Shown here piece by piece: positions 30,008 through 42,600 of a stretch of 64,000 nt of DNA. Each line of letters opens with the position of its first letter. The first letter of the stretch is position 1. Source of the stretch: Monocercomonoides exilis PA203 (taxonomy: Eukaryota; Protista; Preaxostyla); contig LSRY02000027.1 in NCBI GenBank assembly GCA_001643675.2, forward strand, positions 1,054,001-1,118,000, written 5' to 3'. The notes under the pieces were generated by a model, which worked only from the letters and a program-made list of their open reading frames with translations, did not search any database and was not told the DNA's origin. The position numbers and the translations under genes are program-made.

Positions 30008-30449
30008 TTCAACTGCGGACAATGATGCTCAAGAAAAAGTGAGTATTGGCGAAGTTTGATCTTAAACTACACATTATTTATGATCAAAACTCATTATTGA
30101 GGAGCAAACCTGCTCCTTGCGTTCGTTGATTCGTTGTATTGCTAATTATTTTTTTCTGCAATGTGAACAAACAAAAGTTAACAGATTTAATTTGTCAATT
30201 AAAATTAACGAAAAAAAATTTATGATTTGTTATTTTTTTATAATTCTTCAAAGAGCTTTTTTGAATGCTCCAATCAATGTGAAGAACCAAATGGTTCTTG
30301 CATTGACGCAATATTTCACTCAAGAGGAACTTCGAAGGAATTTCGGATTCGAAATCCCAAAAACATATTTTTAAGAAATGGTTGAAAAAAAGAGTTTGTT
30401 GGGAAAAAAAAATGGAAACAGTTGAAAGAGAAATACTTGAAATAGAAAA

Positions 30450-31130
30450 AGCAGATACAAACGTAAACAAAATGGAATGCAGTGATAATGAAAATGCAAC
30501 TGAATGTTATTGTTGTTCCACAAATTGTGAGAAGGATCAAATTTCATCAAAATCTGAATTCCTTCATTCAACAGATGCTTCTTTTCCAACTGCTGCACCT
30601 TTTTTTTGTCATCTTCATCAATTTCTTTCCCATTGCTTTGTTCGAAAACTTATTCAAAAAACCAGATATTTCTTCTGAATCCATGTTATCATCTTTTTCG
30701 TCTTCTTCTTCTTCGTTATCTTCCCCATATCTTTCTTCTTCGTCTTCTTTTTCTTCAAATTTTTTGGAATCTCCCCACTTGTCAGAAACTTCATCATCTT
30801 CATTCGCAAAAAGAAAATTCCTTCAGATTATCCATGAAAATTCTTCTGAATAAGTAAAAAAATTTCCGTGTTCAATTTCATCGACAGAACACCAAAGCAT
30901 GTCACAATATCCGCAAGCTGAGTCAGAATCAAGAAATGCAGTAATTTTATATTCAAAATCAAAGCGTGGACTTCGGAATTTGGGCTGTGTCTGTTCTTTC
31001 TCTGCTGTTTGTCAATGCCTTGCTTCGTAGGATGTGAAACCACATATTGGAGTTCCGTTAAATCATCTTCGACACTCTTTGTTTTCATTATTCAACTCAT
31101 TGAAAAATCACAAATAAAGATATCATCTCA
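30450..31130 (-). pseudogene. Disrupted coding remnant (acidic protein) with stop and frameshifts
   Basis: Reads SEEFSWII*RNFLFANEDDEVSDKWGDSKKFEEKEDEE, then shifts frame to KEIDEDDKKKVQQLEKKHLLNEGIQILMKFDPSHNLW. Confidence 0.3.
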
Positions 31131-32638
31131 CAAATCAAAAGTTATAATTTTTTTTCTTTTTTCACAAAATAATGTTTTAGAGAAATATGAATCATAACGA
31201 ATATTCATCGAATTTTTTAACAGAAAAAGTTAATTCAATATATAAAAATTTAATAATCAACACAAGAAAAACATATAATGATATGATGAATATTTTATAA
31301 TTTTCATGAAGAAATTAATATAATAAATATCCCAAAATATATTAATTAAATTTTTACTAAATTTTTTGTTTTTGAAGATTATCTTTATTTGTCTTAAAAA
31401 AAAAGCTTTTTCATTATCCTTTTATAATAAGTGTTGAAAATTCTGTTAAAAAAAAATGATACTATTTTTATCAATGTGAAAAAATTAAAAAAGAAAAAAA
31501 TCCATTTTCATCAAGTAATTATGGGTTTAATTTTTTTGCCCCAAAATATTTTTAATGAGCAAAAAAATTCACAAATTAAAATATGATTTTTCCCAATTTC
31601 CACTTTAAAAATATTGACTACTTCATCGAAAGCACTCTTTTTGGCATAATGGATAATTTCATATTTACTAAACAAAAGATGATACTTTCAAATAAAATAA
31701 TTTCAAAAAAGATGAAAAATTCAAGAAGCAAACAAAATAAAACATGCAATTTCTTTCAAAGAGAAAAATTTTAAAGCAAAAACTTTAATTCATGCATTGA
31801 CACAAAATGTATTTAAAAAAAAAATCAAAAATAAACATATCTGATATTTTTTAACAAAAAAAAATTCAATATTTATTTTTTTGAAAAAAGAAGAAAATTC
31901 CCACAATAATCAAAGAACAAGAAAGTTCGATTTTGCAGAAAAAAAAGTAGAAAATGCTTAAACATTGGCCTCATTGCGTCAGACTCCTGAGCTCTCAAGC
32001 AAACACACTTACAGCTGACAACTGCAGAGATAGATGAAATTGAAGTTCAATAAAATTATATCCACCTGTTGGTAAATATTAAACAAAACAAAACAAAACA
32101 AAAATAAAAACAAAAACAAAAATAAAATAAAATCGAATCAAATAACCTTGAGGCAAAAAGGTTACAAACATAACTCAAATAAAGAAGAAATTAATAAAAA
32201 GGGGGAAAAAATGCATTACACATAATTAAAAAAATGTATTTATCATTTCCCCATCTAAACATTTCAAAATTTTATACAAACAAAATTTTTCTTCAACATC
32301 ATTCAAAACATTTATTTTATTTTTGATTTATTTTTTTTTAACTTTCCTTCGTTTCACTTCATCCCTTCTCATCTCTTCTCCTCTCCTCCTCTTCTCTAAC
32401 TTTTCATTTTCTCTCTCCTCTCCTTCTCTCCTTCTCTCCCTCTCTCTCTTCTCTTCTCCTTCTCTCTCTCTCTCTCTTCTCTTCTCCTCTCTCCTTCTCT
32501 CTTCTCTTCTCCTCTCTCCTTCTCTCTTCTTCTTCTCTCCTCTCCCTTTCCTTTCTCCTCTCCTCTCCTCTCCTTCTCTCCTCTCCTCTCTTCTCTCTTT
32601 CTCTCTCTTTCTCTCCTTCTCTCCTCTCTTTTCTTTTC

Positions 32639-32865
32639 TCATCTCATCCTCATCGGCCTCAAATCCACTACTTTCGGAGCAACATTGAACAAATGCACGA
32701 ATTCATTCTCGCTCAGAACAGACGTGTGTGATGTTATGCCATACAACGGAGCTCGCCGTATGTCTTCATAGTGTCTATGGAATCCTCTCAATTGGCATCT
32801 CTTGATTGTATCCACTCCGGACTGGGTGAGGCAGAAGAGGGCGATGCTGAGTGATAGGAGATTTG

Positions 32866-32906
<41 letters not shown>

Positions 32907-35550
32907 CGTATGTATGTATGTATGTGTGTGTGTGTGTGTGTGTGTGTTGGAGGAAGAGGAAGAGGAAGAAGAAGAAGAAGAAGAGAAAGAAGAGGAGTAA
33001 GGGGAAGGTGTTTGCGTGGAGAGATAGATGCAATAATAAAAATGTCAATAAATAAATAAACATTTAAAATAAGATTTATTTCCATTGAAAAAAAATATTC
33101 AAAAATAATGAAAATGATAAAAAAACAAAAATTTAGCAGACCGTCCTTCATTCAATGCGCAGACCACAGCCACACTCTCGTGCATCATCAGATGGAAGGG
33201 GAGATGTGTGTGAAGATCAACAGAAGACAAAAATGCCTGTTTATTTATTTATTTATTTATTTATATAGACAAAGTAATTTAAACATACAAATCAAAATAA
33301 ATAAATGAATATTAATTCCTTTAAGTCCTCCAAAGCAATCGTTCGTATACGCACGAAAACAAATTGAACAAAAAATAAAATAAAATAAAATAAAATATAA
33401 CCATTTTTATCTTTTATCTTCCCCTTCTCTCTCTCCCACACACCTTCTGTGTTGGATGTGTATGAATCCACCCCAGCATAATCAAGTCATTGCTTGTCAT
33501 GTAGTTCTCTATCTCTTCTTCTCCTTCTGCTTGACACGTATCTCTCGTTCCATGCTGTGGAGGGACAAGAACACACGTCGCTACAATCATTGGAGTGGGA
33601 GAAAGAGAAGAAAGAGAAGAAGAAGAAATGGAAGAAGACGGAGAAGAAGAAGAAGATGGAGAACAAGATGTCATTTGTTGCAACTGCTGCGTTCGTTTCT
33701 GCTGCAATTGCTTCACTTTCTCTTGCATCGCTGCGCTTGGCAGCTTCATTTCCCTTTCCCTCGCCTCTATCTTCTCAATATCCTTCGGCGAATCAATTAT
33801 CTTCCCACACAACATCCCACATGTCTCTATATCTCGTGCATTGTTTGACTTCGCTGAGGCAATGAAGAGGTGGAACAGAGAACGTGGCATAAACACCCTT
33901 CTCATCCCACACGCCATCGGAATCTGAATGGAAGTATGCACATCTCTTTTAATACTCATACGCATTTGCATTGCTCCTCCTCTTTCTCCTCCTCTTTCTC
34001 CTCCTCCTCCTCTTCCTGCATTCATTCCTGCATTCATCCTCATCATCTGTGCTCTTTGCATCTCTTGTAATTGCTGATATTGCTGATACTGTTGATACTG
34101 CTGCATTTGCTGCATTGCTTGAACATTTGGTTGTAATTGCTGTGTATTTGGTTGTTGAAAATTCGTTTGTTGCTCCTTCATCATCATCATCATCATCATT
34201 TGCTGCTGCTGTTGTTGCAGCTGTTGCTGTAACTGCATCTGTTGCTGTCTTATCATTGCTTGTTCTTGCATTGATTTCTGATCTGTTGGCATATTTTGGA
34301 TGTTTTGGATGTTTTGAATGTTTGGCATTGTTTGTGTCGATTGAATGGATGAATGAGGAAGAGAAGAAGAATTCGCGCTTAATAGAGAAGTGTTTGAAGG
34401 GAAGGAAGAAGAAGAAGAAGAAGAAATCGAAGAAGAAGGAGAAGAAGAAGAAATCGAAGAAGAAGGAGAAGAAAAGGAAGAAGCAACAGAAGCTTGAGGA
34501 GTAGGAGCATTAAATATGATAGGAGATGAGTTATTAACAGAAGGATTTGATTGAGGAGGAAGAGAAAATGAGGGAGAAGAAGAAGAAGAAGAAGAAGAAG
34601 GAAGAGGAAGAGAAGAAGAAGAAGGAAGAGGAGGAGAAGAAAAATTCATTGAAGAAGAAGAAGAAGAAGACAAAATCGAAGAAGAAGGAACAGCAATAGG
34701 TGGATTAAACACGATATTGAATGGTTGAACAGAAGATTTCAGAGGAGGAAGATGAATTGAAGGAGAAGGAGAAGGAGAAATAAAAGGAGAAGAAGAGGAA
34801 GAAGAAAGTGGAGAGGAGGAAGAAGAAGGCAAAGAAGAAGGAGGAGGAGCATAAAACTGATGGGATGAAGGTGCAGTGAATGAAGAAATTGGTTGGTTGT
34901 TTGGAGTGATTGAAGAAGCAGGAGAAGAAGAGAAAGAAGAAGAAGAAGAAGAATCAACAGAAGGAGGAGGAGGTTGAATAACAAAGGAAGGAGCATTGTT
35001 GTTTATTGAAGATGTTGAAGAAGAAAGAGAAGAAGAAGAAGAAGGAAGAGGAGGAGAAGGATAAGAGGAGGATAAAGAAGATAAAGAAGAAGACAATGAA
35101 GAAGACAATGAAGAAGACAATGAAGGAGAAGAAGAAGAAGAAGATGATGATGAAGGAGGAAGAATAGAAGAAGAAATTGATTCAATTTGAGCTTTTGGAG
35201 GTGCACCTAACACAAATTTTGTTTGAGAGTTGGAAGAAGAAGAAGAAGAAGATGATGATGATGAAAAAGATGATGTTGAAGAAGTGGAAGAAGAAAGAGA
35301 AGAAGAAAGAGAAAGAGAAAGAGGAGGAGGAGGAGGAGAAAGAGGAGAAAGAGAAGAAGATAACGAAGAAGTGGAGGATGATAAAGATGAATAAGAAGAA
35401 GGCAAAGAAGAAGAAGAAGGCAATGTAACATGAGCTATAAGAGGATTGCTCATATTATTAGCAATATCAGGTGGGGGAGGGAAACAAATAGAAGATTTTG
35501 CTTCTTCTTTGAGAGGAGGAGAAATAAAGGAAGAATTACAAGAAGGAGGA

Positions 35551-35585
<35 letters not shown>

Positions 35586-37125
35586 AGAAGATAAATTCAA
35601 TTTTTGTGAGGAATTTAAGGAGGAAGAGGAAGAAGAAGATGAAGGAGAAGAAGAAACAGAAGAAGCAATAGAAGGAGAAGGAGAAGAAGAATGAGGAGTC
35701 TGCAACGTTTGTTGGGTGAGTGGAATGGAAGGTAGATTTGAAGAAGAAGAAGGAGAAAAAGAATTTGTAAGAGAAGAAGGAGAAGAACATGATGATGTTA
35801 AAGGAATATTGGAAGGAGGAAGAGAAGAAGAAGAAGAAGTTGTAATTGAATCAGTAGAAGAAGCAGAAGAAGAAGATAGAGAGGAGGAAGTGGAAGAAGA
35901 ATCACTGAAATGTTCACTTGATAGAATACTGAAATAAAAACTGCTATTTTTTTTATCTTTTTCTTTTTCTTTATCTTCTTTCTTTTCTTCTTTTTTCTCT
36001 TCTTCTTCTTTTTCATTTTTCTCATCCTTTGTATCAGAATCATCAACCGGAGATGAATCTTCTTTCTTTTTAAGAAAGCCACAGTCACCAAGGCCAATAA
36101 CATTTCCAATGAAATGAAAAACAGAATCACGAGACTGACTATAAGAAACGAAAGAAGAGGGAGAAAAGGGAGAAGGAGAAGAAGAAGAAGAGGAGGAGGA
36201 GGAAGAGGAAGAGGGAGAAGAAGAAAGAGAAGAAGAATCTCCATAATGCTCACTTGGTTGAATGTTGATTTCATTTTTCTCTTTCTCTCCACTTTTATCA
36301 TTTATTTCTTCATCTTTCTCTTCATCATTTTTCTTTTTATCTTTCTCTTCAATTTTCTCTTCTTTCTTTTCATCTTTTTTCTCATTCTCTTCTTCTTTCC
36401 CTTTCTCTTTCTCCTCTTCCGTCCTCCTCCTCTCTTCTTCATTTACCCCAGAATTATTCACTGGAGCTGTGTTTCTTTGATCTTGAAGAGCAGGAAGGCC
36501 TCCAGCAACATCAGAATCTTCTGATAATGCCGTTCGATTGTCTTTCAAATGTGTTGGATGAGGAATCAAACGAGGAATGCCTATGCTACCAAGACATATA
36601 GAAGAAAGAGAAGGAGGAGGAGGAGGAAGAGAAAGGGAAGAAGAAGAAGAAGAAGAAGAAGAAGATGATGATGATGACGTTAATGGAATATTGGTAGGAG
36701 TAGTAGTAGTAGAAGAAGAAGAAGGAATTAAAGAAGAAGAAGAAGAAGAAGACGAAGACGAAGAAAATAATGATGAGGATAATGAAGAAGAATCAGAATC
36801 AGAAGAAGAAGAATCAGAAGAAGAAGAATCAGAAGAAGAAGAAGATTCAGAAGAAGAATATTCAGAAGAAGAAAAAGATGCATTTAGATTAGAAGATGAT
36901 AAAGAAGAAGAAGAAGAGGAGGAAGAATCAGAATCAGAAGAAGAACAAGAAGAGGAAGGAGGAGGAGGAGAAAAGAACGGAATTGAAACAGATGAATTTG
37001 ATGGCTGTGAAGAAGAATCTGCTAATGAAGAAGACAAAGAAGAAGAAGAAGAAGAAGAAGGATTTTCATTTGAAGAGGGAATAAGGGAAGAAGTGAAGGA
37101 AGAGGAAGAAGAAAGAGAAGAGGAA

Positions 37126-37160
<35 letters not shown>

Positions 37161-38272
37161 AGAATCAGAAGAAGAAGAAGAAATCGGAGCAAACGAAGGA
37201 TTGAATGAAGGAGGCAAAGAAAGTGCTGTTTGATTGAAGTCAAGCGATGGAGTGGAACAAGATGAACTTGCACTTGATGATGAAGCAGGAAGCAATTTAT
37301 CATAGCCAGTTGTGATTGACAGCTGAGAGGAAGGATAAGAAAGATAAGAAGAAGAAGAAGAAGAAGAAGAACAAAAAGAATTAGAAGAAGAAGAAGAATT
37401 AAAAGAATCAAATGCAGAAGGAAAAGCAGAGTCGCTTGGGTTGTTGGAAATGTTTTTCGAGTAACTAAATGATGGCTCGAATGTAACTCCCTTTGCTGTT
37501 TAAAAAAAAGTAATTTTTAATTATATGAAAATATTATTGAAAAAAATTGTTCAATTGATTTAAAATAATAACCTTCTTCTTTCAAAAATGATAGTGGTTC
37601 TTGTTCAGTTTCAGGTCCAGTAACTTCGGGACCCGAATTATCTTTATCGATTTCAAGGTTGAAATTTTCACTTGGAAATAAAGATGCAATCTGTTCATCA
37701 TCAAAAACTGGAATGGTGAGAGATAAATCCATTGGTGTTGCATCAATCTCAATCAATTCCTCATTGCATTTCTGTCTTTCTTTTTCTTGTTCTTCTTCTG
37801 ATAACGTAATTGAATCCTTCGTCTTTGCTTCAGCTTCACTTTGAAGTATTGAAAGCATATCAGGTTTTAATCTTTCAACAACATCCAGCAAATAAGAAGC
37901 ACGCTAATAAATCGCAAATTAACAATGGAAAATAAATCACGTTCAAAACAAAATTTTATATCGAACTTCTTTTGCTTCTGCTTTTCTATCTTGGGATATT
38001 TTTGAGGAATAATCAGGATGCTTCAAAAGTGCAGTTAAATAAGTTCTTAACAATAATCAATAAAAAATTCTTCTCTGAACAAATAAAAATTCACACTGTG
38101 CTCCACGAATAGCACTTCTAAACGCCTTTTCAACCTTATTTTGTGTGTCGCAAATAATGCATGTTGTGTATGCATTTATAAAAAAACGCAAGCACGTGAG
38201 AATATCTTGATGTTTTAGTGAAACAAGTTTTGCCTCTTCTTCATTAAAGACATCGGAGATAGTTTTCGCCAT
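32639..38272 (-). CDS. STAMBP: AMSH/STAMBP-like JAMM (MPN+) deubiquitinase with N-terminal helical (MIT/USP8-dimer-like) domain and very long Ser-rich linker
   Basis: IETCGMLCGK, VLVPPQHGTRDTCQ, and LGWIHTHPTQK|AFLSSVDLHTH across intron 33237-33443 give an intact E..HxH..SxxD JAMM motif. Also ESVAVVCA, CQLRGFHRH and the terminal VVDLR. N-terminal exons include KHPDY. ATG 38272. Confidence 0.9.
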
Positions 38273-38448
38273 TTTCCTGTAAAAAAATAAGAAGAAGATC
38301 AATAAATATATTGATTAATTGTAATTATGGTGTTAATGATAAATACAAAGTGTTTTCAATTTCATCATAAACAATGATTTTTAATCATTTAGTCATTGAT
38401 TAAGAAAAATTCACAGCCCATAACAGATAGCATCCAAATTACTTTTAC

Positions 38449-39557
38449 ATGATATCTCAGTTTGTTGGGCGTTATCTCGAGGTTTGAAAATTACATTTGA
38501 ATGGCCATTAATTATTGTATATATATTTATCAAAATATTTCTCTAGCCTTTTATTCTAAATTACAACCCACAGAGCGTTGACATTAGTATTTTAAACGGC
38601 AAAGCAGTTTTGAGCAATGTTGGTATGAATTCAGACCGTTTCCGAAATAAATCTATAGTTGTTTCAAATGATTATTTTTCGAATTTTTGTTCAATTTTGG
38701 AAATTATGAAAAACTTATCAATGATAAAAAACTTACAGAACTCAATTGTGAATATATCACCAAAATGTTTCACATTCCTTTTTTTCTCGAATGTGTAAGA
38801 TGCTCAAAAATGTATCTTCGGGTGTGAACATTTTGTTTGATTCATTTTTTTGAAACAAAATTACTGATAATGATTCAATCATTTCATATCTAGCTTCCAA
38901 TTACGTCTTTCGGAACGGAACCTTTGATGATTTCCATTAATCAGGTTGACGCATATGCGTCATTAGAACCTCCTCCGACACCACGTGAAGAACAATTTAT
39001 TCTGAAACCAGATGTTTATCAGAGAATTATAAAAGACAGAGAGAAAACGGCAAAAGACAAAGAAAAAAAGAAAATAAAGAAAGAAAAGGAAAGGAAGAAG
39101 CAACTCGAAAAAGAAATGAAAAAAAAAGCCAAGGATAAAGAGAAAGGAATAGAAACTCCTGAACTTTTTGATTTTGAAGAAGGTATATTAAATTCATTTA
39201 AAAAAATTGTTAACAAAAATTCTATAATTTGAAACATTATTATTTTAACTCCAAACAGATTCACCGGCAATTAGCTTGGCTACTGGCTTGCCAAGATTTG
39301 TAGAACGAATTCTGACATACTGCCGGATAGAAATTCGAGACATTTCACTTTTTATTCGAACCCCTGTTCCAACCACAGTGCCTCAATCTCCTTCTCCCTC
39401 TGGTTCTTTTTCCTCGGCAGATGCTCAATCACGTTTTCACCAGACACGAATAGGACAGACATCGAGAACGAACAAGTCATTGTCTTCGTCTCCTGCCTTT
39501 CTCTTCCACATGAAGGATCTTCTTTTGTACTCTACAGATTCAAATTGGGCGGTTTGT

Positions 39558-39608
<51 letters not shown>

Positions 39609-42600
39609 CTACATTTAACAACAGCTCTCCGACATCGCCACAGCCGAGCGCTGGAACAAAGGGAAGATTGAGAAGCACTACCACAAAGAGCTCATCATTG
39701 GCTCTATTGGCGCCTCACTCACCACGCCCCGTCTGGCAAAGCAGCAGAGCTGGGCAGGTGTGGGAAGTGATAAGAATTCAAGTCAAACAACAACAACTTC
39801 ATCAGCATCATCATCATCAGGAGGAGGAGGAGGAGGTTTGAAAGACAGTGCAAACCAGTCAGCAAACAATAATAATCCCTCATCCTCTTCATTGTTGTCT
39901 TCCTCCGCTTCTTCCATTCCTCAACCTCTTCCTCCAATTCGATCACAACCATCACAAAATTCTGGCGCGCAAACTCTGCAGGCAAACGACAAAGATCGTT
40001 CTTCACAATCTTCTTCTCTTCATCCTCCTCCTCCTCCACCGCCTCCTCCTCCGCCTCTTCCTCCTCATAAACAGCAGAACCCAACTGGCACTGCCACTTT
40101 TTGGCCAAAAAGCGGACCACTTTACGTTCCTCTGAATGAAGGAGTACCTCTGATACCTGCTTTTCCATTGAAAGCGAGGGTTTGCTATATATGTCATTTT
40201 TTTTTTCTGCTTTCATAAATGAAAACGAATTTATTTATTGTTTAAATGTATTTTTTCAAATTAATGAAATTTCAATGCATTTTTTATCACATTCAACAAA
40301 TATATATTTTCATTCATAATTATTCTTTTTTTTTCTCTTTCTCTCTTTCTCTCTTTCTTTCTCTTTCCTCAGTTCATCTTCACCCGCTCCAAGCACACGA
40401 AATCCTTCACAGGATTCCAGGTTTCTATTGTGATAGGGCATTTAATTCTTCCTTTGACTTTGTCAACAGCAAAAATGATTGTGCAATATGGGCAGCATTT
40501 GTGGAATTGGATTGCTAATCTTGGGGCAGGAAGGAGCTTGGAGGATGTTGTTGGTGGAGGAAGAGGAGAAGGAGAAGGAGAAGGAGGAGAAGGAGGAGAA
40601 GGAGGAAAAGGGAAGGAAATAGAAGTTGATGGAGAAAGAAATGAAGATGATGAGAAATCAACACAAAAAGACGGTGAAACAAGCCAATCTTCGAAAGAAG
40701 ACAAGAAAAAGAAAGAAAGCAAAAAACAGTCTGAACCAAAAATTGACAAAGCAACAGATTCTCAACCAACAACAACTGATCAAATATCAACTTCTTCTTC
40801 TTCTTCACTCGAATTAATAGAAGCTCAATCTTTATCGCAATCACAATCACAATCACAATCACACACACACTCATTCACCTCACGCAAAACTTCTTCTTTT
40901 CTGCAGTCACTTCCCTTTCACCACATCATCGTGTCGCTTTTTTGTGTGTCAATCAAAATGACTCTGTCTTGGGACTCCACGCCTCTTTCTGTGTCTTCTT
41001 TGCCTTCTTCTTCTGGCAACAGATTAATCCAACGAACATTATCATCTACTAATTCTTCATTTGCTTCATCTTCTTCTTCACAGAGAGGAGGAGAAAGAGA
41101 AAGAGAAAGAGGAGGAGGAGGAGGAAGAGGCAGTTCTTCAATTCCACCAGGAACAGGAGCATTCGTTGGAGGGACAGCAGGTGGAAATGCGGGTGCACAA
41201 ATGATCACTTTTGATAGAGGAAGCGGAAACGAGCGGAATTCTGTGATTGTGAAGAGGAACAACATGTCATCGTCATATTCGTCAAGGAGGAGGGAAGATG
41301 AGATGGGAAAGAAGACGATTGAGGAAGAGGCAGAAGAAGCCGCAGCGCTGGCGACGAAGATGATGACGCTGAAGGATGTGAAGAAGCCGCCAGAGGCTCC
41401 GAAGTCAAGGACCACTCAAAATCAGGTGCCTCCTCAGATTCTTTCTCCTTTGTCTTCTTCTTCTTCTTCTTCTTCTTCTTCTCATTCATCTCTCAACACA
41501 CCCCAAGCTAATAAATCGAATTCATCATCATCTTCTTCTTCCTCTGAAAACGCTCGCCCTCGCTTCCACCCTGTTCCTTTACCGCCAATTCAGCCATTTT
41601 TTGTGAGTGACACGAGACATGTTCATTTGTGTGTGTCGCTTGTGAATGAATCTTTCCCTTTTCCGCCTCAGTTTGTGAAGAAGCTGAAGGATATGAGCTT
41701 GGATAAAGAGAAGGAGAAGGACGATAAGAAGAAGAGGAAGGAGATGGAGAAAGAGGAGAAGGAGAAGGGGAAAGAGAAGGAGAAGGGGAAAGAAAAGGAA
41801 AAAGAGAAAGATAAAGAGAAAGATAAAGATCCATGCAATGATATGTCAATAATTGTCTCTTCACAATCACAATCTTTCTCTCAATCTCCTTCCACCTCCT
41901 CCCTCTCCCTCTCTAAGAGCACAAACACGCTTTTATACCATCTTCATCAAAGGCAACCTCGCCAGCTCATTTTCATTGCCCTGCCTTCTTCACCACTTCG
42001 CCACCGTCTCTTTGTGGAAAGGATGATGAACCCTCCTCTTCTCATCGCGCCTTCGTTGAATAGAAATGAGCAAGCATTCTATTTACAGCAGCAGTTCATT
42101 CAGGAGCAGAAGAAGAAGAAGGAAAACGAGTTTGCCGCACTGGCTGCTGCGAATGCGGCGGCAGCGTTGGCAGAAAAGGAAGCAAAAGAAGCGAAGGAGA
42201 AAGAGAAGCAGATGATGAAGGAGAAAGAGAAAGAAAGAGAGAAAGAGAAAGAGAAAGAGAAGGGGAGTTCATCGGGATCTTTCTTCTCGAGATTAAAAGC
42301 ATCTTTGACTTCTTCTTCATCATCTTCTTCTTCTGGTGCAGGTCCTCCTTCATCAAATGCTTCTTCTTCACAACAAACACAAAATTCAGGGCAACAATCA
42401 TCATCATCCTCTTCTTCTGCTCCTTCAATTATCCAAACCGCTTCTTCTTCTTCTTCTTCCTCCTCCTCTTCCTCCTCTTCCTCCTCTTCCCTCTTCCATC
42501 GTGTCAAACCTCTCACTCCATCTCCCTTCGACCCAGCCTCTGCTCCTCATCTTCTGTGTGGCGAGAATTCAGCCAGTGTTGGCGTGTCATTTGTGGTTGG

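Noticed and set aside
25480-30850. In-frame TGA codons in several fragments suggesting stop-codon reassignment
   Set aside because: TGA, TAA and TAG all end intact genes here (RPC40, AMSH, BLTP3-like, Cys-rich); the fragments are better explained as pseudogenes.
31400-31500. Short matches to the foldback arms (cattatccttttata, aatgtgaaaaaat); also GACTAGACTTT at 26490 matching the 60.8-kb motif
   Set aside because: Too short or AT-rich to separate from chance by eye.
31960-32070. GC-richer block downstream of AMSH as an extra exon or ncRNA
   Set aside because: AMSH already ends at the conserved VVDLR; no convincing frame or fold.
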